A stretch of 64,000 nucleotides of DNA from an uncultured Chloroflexia bacterium (GTDB lineage Bacteria; Chloroflexota; Limnocylindria; Limnocylindrales; CSP1-4). The stretch lies in the NCBI GenBank assembly GCA_963767165.1, contig CAVYCV010000008.1, positions 118,182 through 182,181 on the forward strand. The letters run 5' to 3'. This document shows positions 1 to 12,003 of the stretch, piece after piece (within the stretch, counting starts at the first letter, position 1; every line of letters starts with the position of its first letter). Below the pieces are notes generated by a model. That model was not told the origin of the DNA. It saw only the letters and a program-made list of their open reading frames with translations, and searched no databases. The translations under genes and the position numbers were made by a program.

Positions 1-97
1 CAGTCCCGGATCGATCGAGGCTCATCAGCCGAGGCTAGCAGTCCGATGCGGCGCCAAGGATGACCCAGACAGGGCAACCGCGGACGCTCGAATGTAC

Positions 98-844
98 CTA
101 CCTTGCGCGGACGATCCAGCGGCAGCCGAGCAGGTCGGCCTCGCCCGACGCGCCAGTCATCGCGAGATGGACGGTGACCGCGGGCGCCCCCGGATCGCGT
201 CGTGGCCGGATCCGGAGGGACTGGGCACCGATCGCAGCCTCGCGCGCACCCTGGCCGGCGAGCGACGGGCGGAATCGGAGGCCGGTCGTTCGGAGGTACT
301 TCCCGATCGTGGCGCTGACGTCGCCGACGGCGATCTCCAGGGTGGTGAGGCGGGTGGGGCCGTCCTGGCGGGCGGCCTGGTCGGCTCGCGTCCACTCCGC
401 GCTCGAGGCATCGTGCTCGATCAGGAAGGGCGGCAGCTCCACGTCGAGCTCCGGTGCGGCCGCGAGCCGCCATCGGACGACCCGGCCGTCGGGCCGGATC
501 CGTTCGCCCGGGATGGGGCCCGCCAGGTCGGATCCGCGCTCGCGCAACGCATCGACATCGTCTCGGAGATCGTCGCTGGCGACGGCCCAGGTCGCGAGGC
601 CGCCACCGGCAGCGATCGCCCGGCTCGCAGGGGAGCCGAGCCACGAGGCCGCGGCACGCCCGTCGTCGAAGATGCCGATGAGCTCGAGGTACGTGTCGCC
701 GAGCCAGACCAGCCGGTTGAACGTGCCGAGCGCCTCGTGGCGACCGCCCCCGCCGGCCGTCAGACCGAGACTCGATTCGAGCGTCGACGCGGCCTCATCC
801 GGGTCGGCGACCGCGATGACGAGGTGGTCGATGCCGATCAGCAC
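98..844 (-). CDS. VOC/glyoxalase-like family protein
   Basis: IDHLVIAV...GGGRH...GTFNRLV...YLELI motifs; GTG start at 844 with a TACGCT -10 box 6 nt upstream. Confidence 0.8.
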   Translation of the reverse strand: MLIGIDHLVIAVADPDEAASTLESSLGLTAGGGGRHEALGTFNRLVWLGDTYLELIGIFDDGRAAASWLGSPASRAIAAGGGLATWAVASDDLRDDVDALRERGSDLAGPIPGERIRPDGRVVRWRLAAAPELDVELPPFLIEHDASSAEWTRADQAARQDGPTRLTTLEIAVGDVSATIGKYLRTTGLRFRPSLAGQGAREAAIGAQSLRIRPRRDPGAPAVTVHLAMTGASGEADLLGCRWIVRAR

Positions 845-886
845 GACGCGAGCGTAGCGCGTCGGCGTGGTCGTTACGATGGGCCG

Positions 887-1699
887 ATGAGCCCATCGGT
901 CCGCACCGAACGCCGCGGCCCCGACGACACGATCGCGTGGGTCATGCTGTCTCGGCCGGAGGTCCACAACGCCTTCGATGCCAACCTGATCGCCGAGTTG
1001 CGCTCGACGTTCGCGGCCCTGGCTCGTGAGTCGCCGACCGCTCTGCGAGGCGTCGTCCTCGCCGGCGACGGGGCATCGTTCTGCGCCGGCGCGGATCTCG
1101 ACTGGATGCGGGCGGCCAGCACGCTCGACGTCGAGGGCAACGAGCAGGACGCGATGGGTATGGCCGACATGCTCGAGGCGATCGACACGTGTCCGGTGCC
1201 GGTGATCGCCCGGGTGCACGGCGCCGCGCTCGGTGGCGGGATGGGCCTGTGTGCGGTCGCGGACCTCGTCGTCGCGGAGAGCGGCACGCGCTTCGGGTTC
1301 TCGGAGACGCGTCTCGGGATCCTGCCGGCGGTCATCTCGCCCTTCGTCATCGCCAAGATCGGCGAGAGCCACGCCCGGGCGCTGTTCCCCGGCGGCCGTC
1401 GGATCGATGCGATCCGGGCCCAGCGGATCGGCCTGGTCCACGAGGTCGTCGAGGGCGAGGAGGCGCTGGATCGCGCGGTCGAAGTGGCGGTCGCGGACCT
1501 GTTGTTGGCCGGACCGACCGCGGCGCGCGCGGCCAAGGCCATCGTCCGGGAGGTCCGGGGGCTGGGCCACGGCTCGGCCAAATGGCACACCGCGCGGGTC
1601 ATCGCCCGCCAGCGCGTGACCGAGGAAGCCCGCGAGGGTTTCGCCGCCTTCGACGAGAAGCGCCGCCCGAGCTGGGCGCCCGAGGCGGACTCCGACTGA
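887..1699 (+). CDS. Enoyl-CoA hydratase/isomerase (likely methylglutaconyl-CoA hydratase)
   Basis: RPEVHNAF, FCAGADL, GAALGGGMGL, FSETRLGILP; next to biotin carboxylase and HMG-CoA lyase. Confidence 0.9.
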   Translation: MSPSVRTERRGPDDTIAWVMLSRPEVHNAFDANLIAELRSTFAALARESPTALRGVVLAGDGASFCAGADLDWMRAASTLDVEGNEQDAMGMADMLEAIDTCPVPVIARVHGAALGGGMGLCAVADLVVAESGTRFGFSETRLGILPAVISPFVIAKIGESHARALFPGGRRIDAIRAQRIGLVHEVVEGEEALDRAVEVAVADLLLAGPTAARAAKAIVREVRGLGHGSAKWHTARVIARQRVTEEAREGFAAFDEKRRPSWAPEADSD

Positions 1700-1729
1700 T
1701 CTACGGGCGGGCCGTCCTGCCCGCGCGAG

Positions 1730-1764
1730 ATCGTACGATTTCGTACTACGGATTCGTACGAATC
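1730..1764. promoter_or_regulatory. Paired palindromes ATCGTACGAT (1730-1739) and GATTCGTACGAATC (1751-1764); putative operator
   Basis: Two perfect inverted repeats with a third TCGTAC at 1741, upstream of the HTH-fused carboxylase. Confidence 0.5.
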
Positions 1765-1827
1765 TTCGGCAACGCGTCCTGGGCCAAGCTGGTCATGACG
1801 GGTGCGAACTGCGACAATCGCGACAAG

Positions 1828-3837
<2,010 letters not shown>

Positions 3838-3886
3838 CCCAGCGGGTTCGGGTACGCTCACGACCGCCGAAGATCGGAGGACCACG

Positions 3887-4069
3887 ATGGCCAAGACCGC
3901 GCTGCCCACCACCCGCGAAGGACTGCTCGAGCTGCATGCGAAGACTCGCCTGGAGCGGAATGCGGCAGCGCACAAGTCGCACGAACAGGCGGCCGCCATC
4001 GACCTGCTCGGTCGAATCGAGGTCGAGATCGCCCGGCTTGAACGGGCGATGGATCCCCCGAAGGTCTGA
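3887..4069 (+). CDS. Small hypothetical protein (60 aa)
   Basis: GGAGG RBS, typical codon usage, fills the gap between carboxylase and lyase. Confidence 0.65.
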   Translation: MAKTALPTTREGLLELHAKTRLERNAAAHKSHEQAAAIDLLGRIEVEIARLERAMDPPKV

Positions 4070-4089
4070 GCCGGGCCCGGCGCCGACCC

Positions 4090-5016
4090 GTGGCCGAACA
4101 CGTCCGGATCTACGAAGTCGGGCCGCGCGACGGCCTCCAGAACGAGGCGACCGCCGTCCCGACCGCGACCAAGGCCCAATTCATCGAGCTCCTCGCCGAC
4201 GCGGGCCTGCGCGAGATCGAAGCGACCTCCTTTGTCGCGCCCCGGGCGATCCCGCAACTGGCGGACGCCGGCGAGCTCATGACGAGCCTTCCTCGCCGCG
4301 AAGGCGTTCGCTACCCCGTGCTGGTGCCGAACGAGCGCGGCATGGCGCGCGCCGAGGCCGCGAGCGCGGACGCCCTCGCCGTGTTCACCGCCGCGACCGA
4401 CGCGTTCACGGAGGCCAACATCGGGATGACCGTCGCGGAGTCGCTGACGGCGTTCGCGCCGGTCCTCGCGCGCGCCGCGGACCTCGGCTGGTGGCGACGG
4501 GCCTACGTCTCGACCGCGTTCGGGTGTCCGTACACCGGGCGCGTGGAGCCGGCCGCGGCAGTCGAGGTGGCCCTGCGTCTCCAGGACCTCGGCGTCGACG
4601 AGGTCTGTTTCGGCGACACGATCGGGGTGGGCGTCCCTGGTCAGGTGGCGGCACTGACCGGCGCGGCCGCCGAGGCCGGGCTCGCACTCGATCGGATCGC
4701 TCTCCACTTCCACGACACGCGTGGCACGGCCCTCGCCAACGTGGCGGCCGGGCTGGCCGCCGGCGTCCGCTGCTTCGACTCGGCCGCCGGCGGGACCGGC
4801 GGTTGCCCCTACGCCCCCGGCGCCGCCGGCAACCTCGCCACCGAGGATCTCGTGTACTTCCTCGACGCGTCCGGCTGGGAGACGGGCGTCGACCTCGAGG
4901 GGGTCCTCACGGCCGCACGGTTCATCGCCGGCGCGCTCGGCAAGCCGGTCTCGACGAAGGTCGGCCAGGCGGGCGGCTGGGACCCGACGACGGGCGCATC
5001 GGTCGGTCGCGCCTGA
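4090..5016 (+). CDS. hmgL: Hydroxymethylglutaryl-CoA lyase
   Basis: EVGPRDGLQNE, STAFGCPY, LHFHDTRG, GGCPYAPGAAGNLATED. Confidence 0.95.
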   Translation: MAEHVRIYEVGPRDGLQNEATAVPTATKAQFIELLADAGLREIEATSFVAPRAIPQLADAGELMTSLPRREGVRYPVLVPNERGMARAEAASADALAVFTAATDAFTEANIGMTVAESLTAFAPVLARAADLGWWRRAYVSTAFGCPYTGRVEPAAAVEVALRLQDLGVDEVCFGDTIGVGVPGQVAALTGAAAEAGLALDRIALHFHDTRGTALANVAAGLAAGVRCFDSAAGGTGGCPYAPGAAGNLATEDLVYFLDASGWETGVDLEGVLTAARFIAGALGKPVSTKVGQAGGWDPTTGASVGRA

Positions 5017-5082
5017 GCCGAGACCGACGCCGGTGTCCACGCGTCGCGAGCACGAACCGATGTGTCTGCTATCGTCCGCGCG

Positions 5083-5598
5083 ATGGACGGCGTCGTACTC
5101 GTTCTGAACCAGAACTACGAGCCGCTGAACGTCTGTAACCTGCCTCGCGCCTTCCGCCTCCTGTTCGGCGAGAAGGCCGAAGTGATCGAGTACGACCACC
5201 AGGTGATCCGGACGCCGCGGACGGAGTTCCGTGCGCCCAGCGTCATCCGCCTGCAGCACCTGATCCGGCGACCGCGACCACGGGTCAAGCTGTCTCGCCG
5301 CGAGATCTTCGCGCGGGACCGCCACGTCTGCCAGTACTGCGGTCGCCAGGCCCACGACATGACGCTCGACCACGTCGTCCCCCGCCATCGCGGCGGCGGC
5401 CACACGTGGGAGAACCTCGTCACGGCCTGCAAGTCGTGCAATCACCGCAAGGGTGGCAAGACGCTCGAGGAGGCCCGGCTTCGGCTCCTTCGGCCGCCGT
5501 TCGAGCCGCGGAACGACATCTATTCGCTCTTCACGCCGTACCTGGCTGACGAGAACAACGAGGCGTGGCGGACATACCTGTTCCTGGGACGGAACTGA
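5083..5598 (+). CDS. HNH endonuclease (McrA-like)
   Basis: LVLNQNYEPL, RDRHVCQYCG, TLDHVVPRHRGG, WENLVTACKSCNHRKG. Confidence 0.9.
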   Translation: MDGVVLVLNQNYEPLNVCNLPRAFRLLFGEKAEVIEYDHQVIRTPRTEFRAPSVIRLQHLIRRPRPRVKLSRREIFARDRHVCQYCGRQAHDMTLDHVVPRHRGGGHTWENLVTACKSCNHRKGGKTLEEARLRLLRPPFEPRNDIYSLFTPYLADENNEAWRTYLFLGRN

Positions 5599-6980
5599 CG
5601 CCCGCCACTCTCGAGGCGACGATCCGGGCGGGCATCCCGGAGCCCGTGCGCGATCTCCTCTCGACGATGTGGGTGGACGGTCATGCCGCCTACGTGGTCG
5701 GTGGCTCCCTTCGGGACATCGTGCTCGGCCGGCCGGCCGCGGACTGGGACCTCGCGTCGAGCGCCCTGCCCGAGCGTGTCCTGGCGCTCCTGCCGGACGC
5801 CGTGTACGAGAACCAGTTCGGGACCGTCGCCGTCCGTCGCGGCGGCGAGGTCTTCGAGGTCACGACGTTCCGCTCTGACCACGAATACGCCGACTTCCGC
5901 CGCCCGCATCGAGTGGAGTTCGGCGACACCATCGAGCTCGACTTGGCGCGCCGCGACTTCACCTGCAACGCGATGGCCTGGGGAGCGCGCGCCGAGGCCG
6001 CCGCGTCGCCGAGACTCGTGGACCCGTATGGGGGCCTCGCCGACATCGAGGACCGCGTCCTGCGGGCCGTCGGCGACCCGCTGCTCCGGTTCGAGGAGGA
6101 TGCGCTCCGGATGATCCGGGCGATCCGGCTCGCCTCGACGCTCGACTTCGAGGTGGAGCCTGCGACGCTGGCAGGGATCCGGGCGCGGGCCGATCTCGTC
6201 AGCCACTTGTCGGGAGAGCGGATCGCGACCGAGCTCGAGAAGCTGCTGGCCGCGGAACGCCCGTCGATCGGGCTGCGCCTGCTGGGCGCCACCGGGCTGC
6301 TGGCCGGGATCTCGCCGGAGCTCGCATCGCAGCGGGGCATCCCCCAGAACAAGGTCCCGGGCGAGGACCTGTGGGACCACACCCTGCGATCCGTCGATGC
6401 CGCGCCGGTCCCCCGGCCGGTCGTCCGGCTCGCCGCGCTCGTCCACGACATCGGCAAGCCGGCGACCTTCGCCGACGGCCATTTCATCGGGCACGACACG
6501 GTCGGCGCCGACCTCGCCGGGGCATTCCTCGAGCGGTTGCGGTCGCCGCGGGTCGTTCGCGAGCGCGTCGTGCACCTCGTGCGCAACCACATGTTCAGTT
6601 ACGAACCGAACTGGTCCGATGGCGCCGTCCGCCGGTTCATCGCGAAGATGACCCTCGACGGGACTGCGTCCGAGGCGCTCGAGGAGCTGTTCGACCTTCG
6701 TGCGGCCGACAACGTCGGATCCGGTCTGCCGGCCGAGGCCGGCAGACTCGATGAGCTGCGAGCCCGCGTCGCCCAGGCCCTGCTCGAGGGAGTCGCGCTG
6801 GATCGGAGCGATCTGGCGGTCGACGGTCGCGACCTCATGAGCGAGCTTGGCCTCGGACCGGGGCCCCGGCTCGGCCGCATCCTCGACGCGTTGCTGGACC
6901 GGGTGCAGTCGGACCCGGCCCTCAACGACGGCCCGACGCTCCTGCTGCTCGCGCAGGGCATGCTGGGCGACGACACGTGA
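5565..6980 (+). CDS. cca: CCA tRNA nucleotidyltransferase with HD domain
   Basis: [46 protein letters not shown]. Confidence 0.9.
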   Translation: MADIPVPGTELTPATLEATIRAGIPEPVRDLLSTMWVDGHAAYVVGGSLRDIVLGRPAADWDLASSALPERVLALLPDAVYENQFGTVAVRRGGEVFEVTTFRSDHEYADFRRPHRVEFGDTIELDLARRDFTCNAMAWGARAEAAASPRLVDPYGGLADIEDRVLRAVGDPLLRFEEDALRMIRAIRLASTLDFEVEPATLAGIRARADLVSHLSGERIATELEKLLAAERPSIGLRLLGATGLLAGISPELASQRGIPQNKVPGEDLWDHTLRSVDAAPVPRPVVRLAALVHDIGKPATFADGHFIGHDTVGADLAGAFLERLRSPRVVRERVVHLVRNHMFSYEPNWSDGAVRRFIAKMTLDGTASEALEELFDLRAADNVGSGLPAEAGRLDELRARVAQALLEGVALDRSDLAVDGRDLMSELGLGPGPRLGRILDALLDRVQSDPALNDGPTLLLLAQGMLGDDT

Positions 6981-7384
6981 TCGAGCTCCTGCTCGAGGCG
7001 GAGCGGGCGATGGAGATGGGCCGGACCGACGCGGCCGAGGTCCTCTACCGCCAGGTCGCGGACGCGGATCCACGCAACGGGATCGCTGTCGTCGGGCTGG
7101 CACGGGTCGCCCTCGAACGTGGCGATGAGCCCGGCGCGTACCGGATCGCCCAGCGGGCGCTGGCCATCGACCCGGAGAACTCGGCAGCACAACGGATGGT
7201 GGCTCGCCTGGCCGAGGTGCTCCGCTACAAGGGCGAGCCTGTGCCCGAGCCGGAGGCAGAGCCGGTGCCCGACGTGCCGGTGCCCGACGCGCCATCGGAG
7301 CGGTCGCCCGAGGCGTCATCGGCGACGTCGCCACCCGACACGGCGCGTCGCTCGCTCCTCGACCGCGCCTTGCGTCGCCGCTGA
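6977..7384 (+). CDS. Tetratricopeptide-repeat protein
   Basis: TPR-like helices ([26 protein letters not shown]); GTGA overlap with cca. Confidence 0.75.
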   Translation: MIELLLEAERAMEMGRTDAAEVLYRQVADADPRNGIAVVGLARVALERGDEPGAYRIAQRALAIDPENSAAQRMVARLAEVLRYKGEPVPEPEAEPVPDVPVPDAPSERSPEASSATSPPDTARRSLLDRALRRR

Positions 7385-7480
7385 CAGTAGGCCGTTCGCC
7401 CTACTTCGCTTGCCTGGGGGATCCGACTACGATCCCCTCGCCGAGGGCACCCGTGCGGCGGTCGCACCAGGAGTCGCATC

Positions 7481-8407
7481 GTGCCCGATCGGCGATCCGC
7501 CGCCGTCGTCGTGCCGGTCGCCATGGCCGCGCTCGTCATCGCCATCGCACTCGAGCCGGGGCTGGGCCGCCAGCCCGTCGGACTCGCAGACTACCTGGGT
7601 TGGCGCGACACGCGGACGCCCGAACTCGACGCACGCGAGGCCCTGGTCGTCCAGCGCCGGATCGCGGCGTGCATGAGCGCGCTCGGCCTGTCCTATCGCG
7701 AGTTCGTCGAGCCGCCGCCGGCGATCCCCGACGCGGAACTCGGCCCGCGCGAGTGGGCCGAGAAGTGGGGCTTCGGCGTGTCGACATCGGTCGGGATCGC
7801 CGGTGCGATGCCGCCGGCGACCGACCCCAACCTCGCCTACGTCGAGTCCCTCGCGCCCGACGCGCGGGACGCCTATCGCGTCGCCCTCTACGGCTCAGGC
7901 GCCACGCCCGGTTGCAACGGCCAGGCGAACGACCTTGTCTACGGCCGCCATGATCGACTGCTTGCCGGGCTCGCCGCGGAGCTCGCCGGGCTCGAGGACG
8001 CCATCGCCCGAGATGCGCGCATGGTCCTGGCCGACGCCCGGTGGATGGCCTGCATCGCCGACGCCTCGTTTCGGCCGTCGAGTCGTCGGCGGTTCGGCCA
8101 GGACGCCGTCGAACTCCTGACCCGCCGTCTCGAGGCCGTCATGGGCCCGCCGCCGGGCGACCCTACCATCGACCGTTCGGCGCTCGCCGGCCTGCAGTCG
8201 TTCGAGATCGAGCTCGCCCTTCGCGGGTTCGACTGCGCCGAGGGGGTCCGTGCGATCAGCGACGCCGTGCGTCTCGAATACGAGTCGCGGTTCGTCGACG
8301 GCCACCGGGCCGCGCTCGACGAGATCAAGGCGCAGGCGGCCCGGCTCGACGCCGATCTCCGGCTCGCACCCGGCGAGCCGCTCGACCCCGTATCGTTTGG
8401 GCCATGA
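7481..8407 (+). CDS. Hypothetical exported protein
   Basis: N-terminal hydrophobic segment, CM..LG and W.AC cysteine pattern, AGGAG RBS. Confidence 0.65.
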   Translation: MPDRRSAAVVVPVAMAALVIAIALEPGLGRQPVGLADYLGWRDTRTPELDAREALVVQRRIAACMSALGLSYREFVEPPPAIPDAELGPREWAEKWGFGVSTSVGIAGAMPPATDPNLAYVESLAPDARDAYRVALYGSGATPGCNGQANDLVYGRHDRLLAGLAAELAGLEDAIARDARMVLADARWMACIADASFRPSSRRRFGQDAVELLTRRLEAVMGPPPGDPTIDRSALAGLQSFEIELALRGFDCAEGVRAISDAVRLEYESRFVDGHRAALDEIKAQAARLDADLRLAPGEPLDPVSFGP

Positions 8408-9399
8408 CGCGCATCCTGGTCACCGGCGGTGCCGGTTACGTCGGCTCGGTCTCGGCGGCGGCATTCCTTGCGGCGGGCCACGACGTCGTCGTCCTCGACG
8501 ACCTCACGACCGGCCACCGCGCTGCGGTGCCCTCGGGCGCCCGGCTGCATGTCGGCACGTACGGGGACATGGACGCGATGGCCCGCCTCCTGGCCGACGA
8601 GCGGATCGAGGCGATCCTCCATTGCGCGGCGCGCTCACTGGTCGGCGAGTCGATCGCGGAGCCGGCCAAGTACTACCGGGATAACGTCGCGGGCGGGGTG
8701 GCCCTGCTCGAGGCGGCACGGACCGTCGGCGTCGGGCGGGTCGTGTTCTCGTCATCGGCCGCGGTCTACGGCACGCCGGACGACACCCCGATCCCCGAGG
8801 ACGCCCCGCTCCGGCCGATCAACCCGTACGGCGAGACGAAGCGGACGTTCGAGGCCGCACTGGACTGGTATGGCCGCGCGTATGGGCTGCGCGGCGTCAG
8901 CCTCCGCTACTTCAACGTCGCGGGCGCCACCGACGAGCTCGGCGAGGACCACGATCCCGAGACCCACCTCATCCCCAACGTCCTCGCGGCCGCGGAGGGC
9001 CGTCAGACCCTGACCGTCTTCGGCGACGACTACCCGACCCCCGACGGCACCTGCGTCCGCGACTACATCCACGTCGAGGACCTCGCGGACGCGCACCTGC
9101 GGGCCATCGAGGCGACGGCCCCGGGCGATCCGCGGACCGAGGGGTTCCTCGCCTGCAACCTCGGCGTGGGTGGCGGCTTCTCGATCCGCGAGGTGATCGC
9201 CGCAGCCGAGACGGCCGTCGGCCGGCCGATCCCGTTCACGGTCGGACCGCGTCGCGAGGGCGATCCGCCGGTCCTCGTCGCATCGGCCGAGCGCGCCGCC
9301 GCCGTGCTCGGCTGGCGCGGGGCGCACCCATCGCTCGATGCGATGGTCGGCAGCGCCTGGGCATGGCGCCAGCGCCACCCGGACGGCTACCCGGACTGA
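8404..9399 (+). CDS. galE: UDP-glucose 4-epimerase
   Basis: LVTGGAGYVGS, YGETK, LRYFNVAGA, FGDDYPTPDGTCVRDYIHV. Confidence 0.95.
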   Translation: MTRILVTGGAGYVGSVSAAAFLAAGHDVVVLDDLTTGHRAAVPSGARLHVGTYGDMDAMARLLADERIEAILHCAARSLVGESIAEPAKYYRDNVAGGVALLEAARTVGVGRVVFSSSAAVYGTPDDTPIPEDAPLRPINPYGETKRTFEAALDWYGRAYGLRGVSLRYFNVAGATDELGEDHDPETHLIPNVLAAAEGRQTLTVFGDDYPTPDGTCVRDYIHVEDLADAHLRAIEATAPGDPRTEGFLACNLGVGGGFSIREVIAAAETAVGRPIPFTVGPRREGDPPVLVASAERAAAVLGWRGAHPSLDAMVGSAWAWRQRHPDGYPD

Positions 9400-9639
9400 A
9401 TCGGCAGCGCGGGGTCCTGGCGTGGTCAGCGCCGTCTCTCGCGTATTCCCAGAAGGACTGTCCGGTCGCGCTCGACGCCGCTGGTCGGTTCAGGGGGAGG
9501 TCACGGGCCCATGAACGCGCCGGGATATGCCTCCTGGCACTACCGGGAGGGTCTGACCGGCCGATCGAACGGCGCGGCCAGCCGCCGGAGTCGGCTCTCC
9601 GCCTCCATCTGGTCGTCGTAGTCCTCCTCGGAGTACGGG

Positions 9640-9780
9640 TGCCCGAGATGGCCGCCTGACGCGGTTCGATCGGGCGTTCGCGGCTGCCCGAGATGGCCGC
9701 CTGACGCGGTTCGATCGGGGCGTCGGCGTCGTGCCCGCGATGCCCCGTGCCTAGCGCGGTTCGATCGGGGCGTTCGCGGG
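9640..9780. repeat. 35-bp direct repeat (45-bp period) plus a partial third copy formed by the MFS gene 3' end
   Basis: TGCCCGAGATGGCCGCCTGACGCGGTTCGATCGGG at 9640 and 9685; CGCGGTTCGATCGGGGCGTTCGCGG at 9756. Confidence 0.85.
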
Positions 9781-11178
9781 CGCCAGGCGCTCCGGCGGGG
9801 CGACCGGCGCGACGTGCGGTCCGGCGTCCGGCAGCTCGTCGCCGCCCGACCAGCGGTCGCTGACCGGCCAGACCAGCCACAGCCCGATGAGCATCGTCAC
9901 CAACAGGCTTGCGATCGCGATCTGGTACGCGCCGTTGCCGAGCGAGTCGATGAACAGGAAGACGATCGCCCCGTACAGGAGCTGGCCGATGACCTGCGAG
10001 CCCTTGCCGACCAGCCCGTACAGCCCGAAGAACTCGCCGAGCCGCGCCGGCGGCGACAGCCGGATCATGAAGACGCGGTCCGCGACCTGGACCCCGCCCA
10101 GGCCGCTGCCGAGGATCGCCCCCGCGATGACGAAGATGGCGATTCCCGGGGTCGTGCCGCTCATCGCCAGCGAGGCGACGCCCAGGAGCAGGCCGACGAC
10201 CCACGACGCCAGCACCGCGATGAGCGTCCGCTTCGGGCCGAACCGGTCGACGAGATACCCCCAGCCGAAACTCGCGACGATGGCGACGACCGTCAGCACG
10301 ACCGAGGTGATCAGCCACTGGCCCTGGGTCAGCCCGACCGCCCTCACCGCCACGACGCTCATGACGACGATGAGCGTGTTGACCGCATCGCTGTAGAAGA
10401 ACCGACCGGCAAGGAAGCGCAGCAGGCCCGGCACCGTCCGGGCGTGGTCGATCGTCACGCGGATCTGCGCGAGCGACGAGGTGATGTCGCTGACGCTGAC
10501 GTGGGTCGCGGTCGAGCCGGCCGGGTCGCGGACGACGAGGAAGATCGGGACCGCGAAGATCGCGAACAGGATGCCGGCGATCAGGAAGATCGGATCGGGC
10601 GTCTCGGTGATGCCGAGCAGGATCAGCGTGAGCGCCGCGAAGATCGTGCCCATGTAGCCGACGCCGACGCCGATCCCGGACAGCTTGCCGCGCGTCGCCG
10701 GGTAGCTGACCGATGACAGCGTCGCGTCGTAGTAGATGAGCGCGGCCTGGTAGGCGAAGTTCGCCAGCGTGAACAGGGCCGCACCGACGAGCGCCGGTGA
10801 CGGCCCGATGAGCACGGTCGGCGCGATCGTCAGGATCGTGAAGAAGAGCAGGAACGGGAGCCGCCGGCCGCCGCGGTCGCTCAGCGCGCCGAGGATCGGC
10901 GAGACCAGCGCGTTGAGCCCGACGCTGACCGCGATCGCGAGGCCCTGGACGAGCTGGCCCGGTCCCTGCCCGAACCTGCTCTCGTCGGTGAGCCACAGCC
11001 CGATGGCCGTCGACACGATCGCGTAGCTGAAGATCGTGTTGGCGAAGTCGTAGAGCGACCACGCGACCGGGACGAGCGCCCGTCCGCTCGGTGTCAGGCC
11101 CGCCAGCCCTCCGGGCCGACCGAGGCTCGCCGCGGCCTCGTCGGACCCTGGACCGCCGGCCTGGGCGTCGCTCGTCAC
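9751..11178 (-). CDS. MFS transporter (UMF1/BtlA-like)
   Basis: WSLYDFANT, LGALSDRGGRR, LVDRFGPKR; about 12 hydrophobic segments. Confidence 0.9.
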   Translation of the reverse strand: MTSDAQAGGPGSDEAAASLGRPGGLAGLTPSGRALVPVAWSLYDFANTIFSYAIVSTAIGLWLTDESRFGQGPGQLVQGLAIAVSVGLNALVSPILGALSDRGGRRLPFLLFFTILTIAPTVLIGPSPALVGAALFTLANFAYQAALIYYDATLSSVSYPATRGKLSGIGVGVGYMGTIFAALTLILLGITETPDPIFLIAGILFAIFAVPIFLVVRDPAGSTATHVSVSDITSSLAQIRVTIDHARTVPGLLRFLAGRFFYSDAVNTLIVVMSVVAVRAVGLTQGQWLITSVVLTVVAIVASFGWGYLVDRFGPKRTLIAVLASWVVGLLLGVASLAMSGTTPGIAIFVIAGAILGSGLGGVQVADRVFMIRLSPPARLGEFFGLYGLVGKGSQVIGQLLYGAIVFLFIDSLGNGAYQIAIASLLVTMLIGLWLVWPVSDRWSGGDELPDAGPHVAPVAPPERLAPANAPIEPR

Positions 11179-11247
11179 GGCGCCGATGATAGTCGGGCCG
11201 ATGACGCGCATTTCGCACCGGTCGCGACCCGCCGCTACGATGCGCCG

Positions 11248-11952
11248 ATGAGCGCGATGGCCATGATCCAGGACCTGCGCCCGCAGGGATTCCGGTCGGG
11301 CTCGGCGAAGCAGATGCAGGACCCCATCGTCGAACCCCTGTGGCCGGGCGTGCGCGTGCTGGCCGCGATCGACCGCTCGGGCGACGAGCGCGCCCAGACG
11401 GCCATCGTCGACCAGGCCGGCACCCGGGTCGAGGACCACGAGGCCATCGAGACCGCATTCAGCGCCGCGGCCAGGGCGGACTCGCTGATCGTCGATGGCT
11501 ATCTCACCAAGCAGGTCGCCCACGACCAGACCGGGGTCTTCCCGATCATCGTGCCCGCCCTCCCGACCGGCACGGACCTGGCCAAGTCGATGGTCATGGG
11601 CGTGCGGCGCAGCCGCTCGGCCGAGCTGATCCAGGAACGCGAACGTGAGCGCCAGGCGGTGACCTTCGAGCCGAGCGACGTCGTGGCGCTCGTCGCCATC
11701 GACCTGCTCTGGCTCGACGGGCAGCCCCTGTTCGACGTGCCACTCCTCGAACGCAAGCGGCTCCTCGAGTCCGCCCTCGAGGAGTCCGACGTCATCCGGC
11801 AAGGGCAATTCGTCCGGCCGCCGATCGACACGTGGATCGGCTCGTGGCGCGCTCTTGGCTTCTCCGGGATCACCTTCAAGTCGGCCAACGGCCGCTACCA
11901 CCCAGGCACGACCGTCGACGACTGGATGATCTCCTCGATGCCGCCCCGCTGA
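11248..11952 (+). CDS. ATP-dependent DNA ligase adenylation-domain homologue with degenerate catalytic motifs
   Basis: IDLLWLDGQPL..PLLERKRLLE and Y.PG motifs; motif I reads EPLWPGVR instead of ExKxDGxR. Confidence 0.7.
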   Translation: MSAMAMIQDLRPQGFRSGSAKQMQDPIVEPLWPGVRVLAAIDRSGDERAQTAIVDQAGTRVEDHEAIETAFSAAARADSLIVDGYLTKQVAHDQTGVFPIIVPALPTGTDLAKSMVMGVRRSRSAELIQERERERQAVTFEPSDVVALVAIDLLWLDGQPLFDVPLLERKRLLESALEESDVIRQGQFVRPPIDTWIGSWRALGFSGITFKSANGRYHPGTTVDDWMISSMPPR

Positions 11953-12003
11953 TCGCGGGCGACCGGCGCGGCAGACCGGGGAGCGGGATGGTACGGTGGG
12001 CTC

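Noticed and set aside
5083-6980. HNH nuclease overlapping the CCA enzyme as a tRNA damage/repair or defence pair
   Set aside because: Both look like ordinary widespread families and nothing beyond adjacency links them.
9640-9780. Mini CRISPR array
   Set aside because: Only two full copies with a 10-nt spacer, overlap with a coding end, and no cas genes.
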